Source: Escherichia coli (GTDB lineage Bacteria; Pseudomonadota; Gammaproteobacteria; Enterobacterales; Enterobacteriaceae). Taken from it: DNA of 979 nucleotides. Below are positions 1 to 979 of this stretch, one piece after another (position 1 is the stretch's first letter; each line of letters starts with the position of its first letter). Under the pieces are notes generated by a model. It saw only the letters and a list, made by a program, of their open reading frames with translations. It ran no database searches and was not told the DNA's origin. The position numbers and the translations under genes were made by a program. Where the stretch lies: assembly GCF_003334315.1 (NCBI RefSeq), contig NZ_QOWR01000126.1; one strand, given 5' to 3'.

Positions 1-438
1 AGGCCGCAGTCGGTAACCTCGCGCATACAGCCGGGCAGTGACGTCATCGTCTGCGCGGAAATGGACGAACAGTGGGGATACGTCGGGGCTAAATCGCGCC
101 AGCGCTGGCTGTTTTACGCGTATGACAGGCTCCGGAAGACGGTTGTTGCGCACGTATTCGGTGAACGCACTATGGCGACGCTGGGGCGTCTTATGAGCCT
201 GCTGTCACCCTTTGACGTGGTGATATGGATGACGGATGGCTGGCCGCTGTATGAATCCCGCCTGAAGGGAAAGCTGCACGTAATCAGCAAGCGATATACG
301 CAGCGAATTGAGCGGCATAACCTGAATCTGAGGCAGCACCTGGCACGGCTGGGACGGAAGTCGCTGTCGTTCTCAAAATCGGTGGAGCTGCATGACAAAG
401 TCATCGGGCATTATCTGAACATAAAACACTATCAATAA
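1..438 (+). CDS. insB: IS1 transposase InsB segment (C-terminal part of the InsAB' frameshift fusion transposase); 5'-partial, frame open from base 1
   Basis: The ORF track gives 61..438, but frame 1 is open with no stop from base 1, and the upstream 20 codons ([20 protein letters not shown]) also match InsB. The ATG at 61 is therefore an internal Met, not the real start. From established knowledge, IS1 transposase is made by -1 frameshifting from insA into insB at an A6C motif, which would lie just upstream of this window. Stop TAA at 436-438 lies inside the terminal inverted repeat, as is typical for IS1. Confidence 0.9.
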   Translation, partial: RPQSVTSRIQPGSDVIVCAEMDEQWGYVGAKSRQRWLFYAYDRLRKTVVAHVFGERTMATLGRLMSLLSPFDVVIWMTDGWPLYESRLKGKLHVISKRYTQRIERHNLNLRQHLARLGRKSLSFSKSVELHDKVIGHYLNIKHYQ

Positions 439-453
439 GTTGGAGTCATTACC
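431..453. repeat. IS1 right terminal inverted repeat (IRR), about 23 bp
   Basis: ATCAATAAGTTGGAGTCATTACC; the element terminus ...CATTACC at 453 matches the canonical IS1 end from memory. The partner IRL is outside the window, so the inverted-repeat relationship cannot be checked here. Confidence 0.75.
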
Positions 454-467
454 TATGTAAGGATAAT
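440..467 (+). promoter_or_regulatory. Candidate outward-facing hybrid promoter across the IS1/flank junction (-35-like TTGGAG in the terminal repeat, -10-like GATAAT in flanking DNA)
   Basis: TTGGAG at 440-445 (3 of 6 matches to TTGACA), 16-bp spacer, GATAAT at 462-467 (5 of 6 matches to TATAAT). Motif-level only and weak. Confidence 0.2.
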
Positions 468-543
468 CAAACATCGTGTGCGCTGATGGCAGAGTAGGTG
501 GAGGACTCCAGACAGTCAAACGATAGAAAAAGATAGCCTTTAT

Positions 544-548
544 GGAGG
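544..548 (+). promoter_or_regulatory. Shine-Dalgarno (GGAGG) for the yibA-like gene, 8-nt spacer to ATG 557
   Basis: GGAGG at 544-548, followed by 8 nt, then ATG at 557, which begins MSNTYQKRK... Confidence 0.55.
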
Positions 549-556
549 TTCCTGCA

Positions 557-802
557 ATGTCAAATACATACCAGAAAAGAAAGGCAAGTAAAGAGTATGG
601 TTTATATAATAAATGTAAGAAACTAAATGATGATGAATTATTTCGCTTACTTGATGATCGCAATTCCTTGAAAAGGATTTCATCTGCCAGAGTATTACAG
701 TTAAGAGGGGGGCAAGACGCTGTTAGATTGGCAATTGAATTCTGCACTGACAAAAATTATATCCGTAGAGATATCGGAGCATTTATACTCGGGCAAATAT
801 AA
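557..802 (+). CDS. yibA: YibA-like HEAT-repeat protein, N-terminal 81 codons terminated by a premature in-frame TAA (truncated product if expressed)
   Basis: Translation MSNTYQKRKASKEYGLYNKCKKLNDDELFRLLDDRNSLKRISSARVLQLRGGQDAVRLAIEFCTDKNYIRRDIGAFILGQI matches my recollection of the E. coli K-12 YibA N-terminus with a few substitutions. The ORF track starts at ATG 542 (MEVPAM...), but that ATG overlaps the Shine-Dalgarno, so 557 is the better start. Stop TAA at 800-802. Confidence 0.65.
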   Translation: MSNTYQKRKASKEYGLYNKCKKLNDDELFRLLDDRNSLKRISSARVLQLRGGQDAVRLAIEFCTDKNYIRRDIGAFILGQI

Positions 803-940
803 ATTTGCAAAAAATGCGAAGATAATGTTTTTAATATTTTGAACAATATGGCATTGAATGATAAGAGTGCTTGCGTTCGAGCTACGGCAATCGAGTCAAC
901 GGCCAGGGAAAGATCATCAAAAGTTCACTTTTTGCACTAA
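557..940 (+). pseudogene. yibA: yibA-like gene disrupted by a nonsense codon (800-802), with a second stop at 938-940 after similarity is lost; likely a pseudogene
   Basis: Same frame downstream of the TAA reads ICKKCEDNVFNILNNMALNDKSACVRATAIESTA (803-904), still YibA-like as I recall it. It then reads RERSSKVHFLH and stops at 938-940, far short of the roughly 280-aa length I remember for intact YibA. Confidence 0.5.
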
Positions 941-979
941 ATAATTCGCATTTTATGTTTAAAAATTGAGATATTCCTT

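Larger units (their letters stand above)
1..453 (+). mobile_element. IS1-family insertion sequence, right-hand portion (element continues upstream of the window); right end at 453
   Basis: Seen in sequence: bases 1-438 translate in frame 1 to [42 protein letters not shown]...[15 protein letters not shown], which I recognise as IS1 InsB. The terminal sequence ATCAATAAGTTGGAGTCATTACC (431-453) matches the IS1 terminal inverted repeat as I recall it (GGTAATGACTCCAACTTATTGAT in reverse complement). GC-rich composition (about 60% in the stretch sampled by eye) drops abruptly after 453. Confidence 0.9.

Noticed and set aside
61-63. ATG at 61 as the start codon of insB
   Set aside because: The frame is open and InsB-homologous from base 1. 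IS1 transposase is expressed as an InsAB' fusion by frameshifting, not by independent initiation at this internal Met.
114-404. Reverse-strand ORF of 96 aa, antisense to insB
   Set aside because: It lies entirely within, and opposite to, the well-supported insB frame of IS1. The translation (Cys/Arg/Ser-rich) has no recognisable similarity and is typical of an antisense artefact in GC-rich coding DNA.
499-510. Short palindrome TGGAG-GA-CTCCA
   Set aside because: The arms are only 5 bp and there is no following T-tract, so it is too short to call a terminator or operator with any confidence and is likely a chance occurrence.
542-556. ATG at 542 as the start of the yibA-like ORF (MEVPAM extension given by the ORF track)
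   Set aside because: This ATG overlaps the GGAGG Shine-Dalgarno at 544-548 and has no ribosome-binding site of its own. ATG 557 has ideal spacing and begins the recognised MSNTYQKRK N-terminus.
373-753. Reverse-strand ORF of 126 aa spanning the IS1/flank junction
   Set aside because: It crosses the IS1 terminus at 453 and runs antisense to both insB and the yibA-like gene. The product is low-complexity and hydrophobic with no recognisable homology, so it is almost certainly spurious.
454-979. Searched for CRISPR repeats, tRNA-like structures and other tandem or direct repeats in the AT-rich segment
   Set aside because: No regularly spaced direct repeats, cloverleaf-compatible segments or other repeat architecture were seen. 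The region is accounted for by the yibA-like pseudogene and flanking AT-rich non-coding DNA.

Overview
The window has two parts with a sharp junction at 453/454. Positions 1-453 are the right-hand portion of an IS1-family insertion sequence: the 3' part of the insB transposase frame (open from base 1, stop at 436-438) and the ~23-bp right terminal inverted repeat ending ...GTTGGAGTCATTACC at 453. Positions 454-979 are AT-rich host or accessory DNA carrying a gene whose product I recognise from memory as the N-terminus of E. coli YibA, a HEAT-repeat protein encoded just downstream of rhsA in K-12. Its likely start is ATG 557, with a GGAGG Shine-Dalgarno at 544-548. The frame is interrupted by an in-frame TAA at 800-802, continues with YibA-like sequence for about 34 more codons, then loses similarity and stops again at 938-940, so this copy looks like a pseudogene. 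I see no RNA genes, CRISPR arrays or evidence of a novel multi-gene system. The most plausible reading is an IS-disrupted, decaying Rhs-associated locus, as is common in Shigella and IS-rich E. coli. All homology statements rest on recalled sequences and need a database search to confirm.
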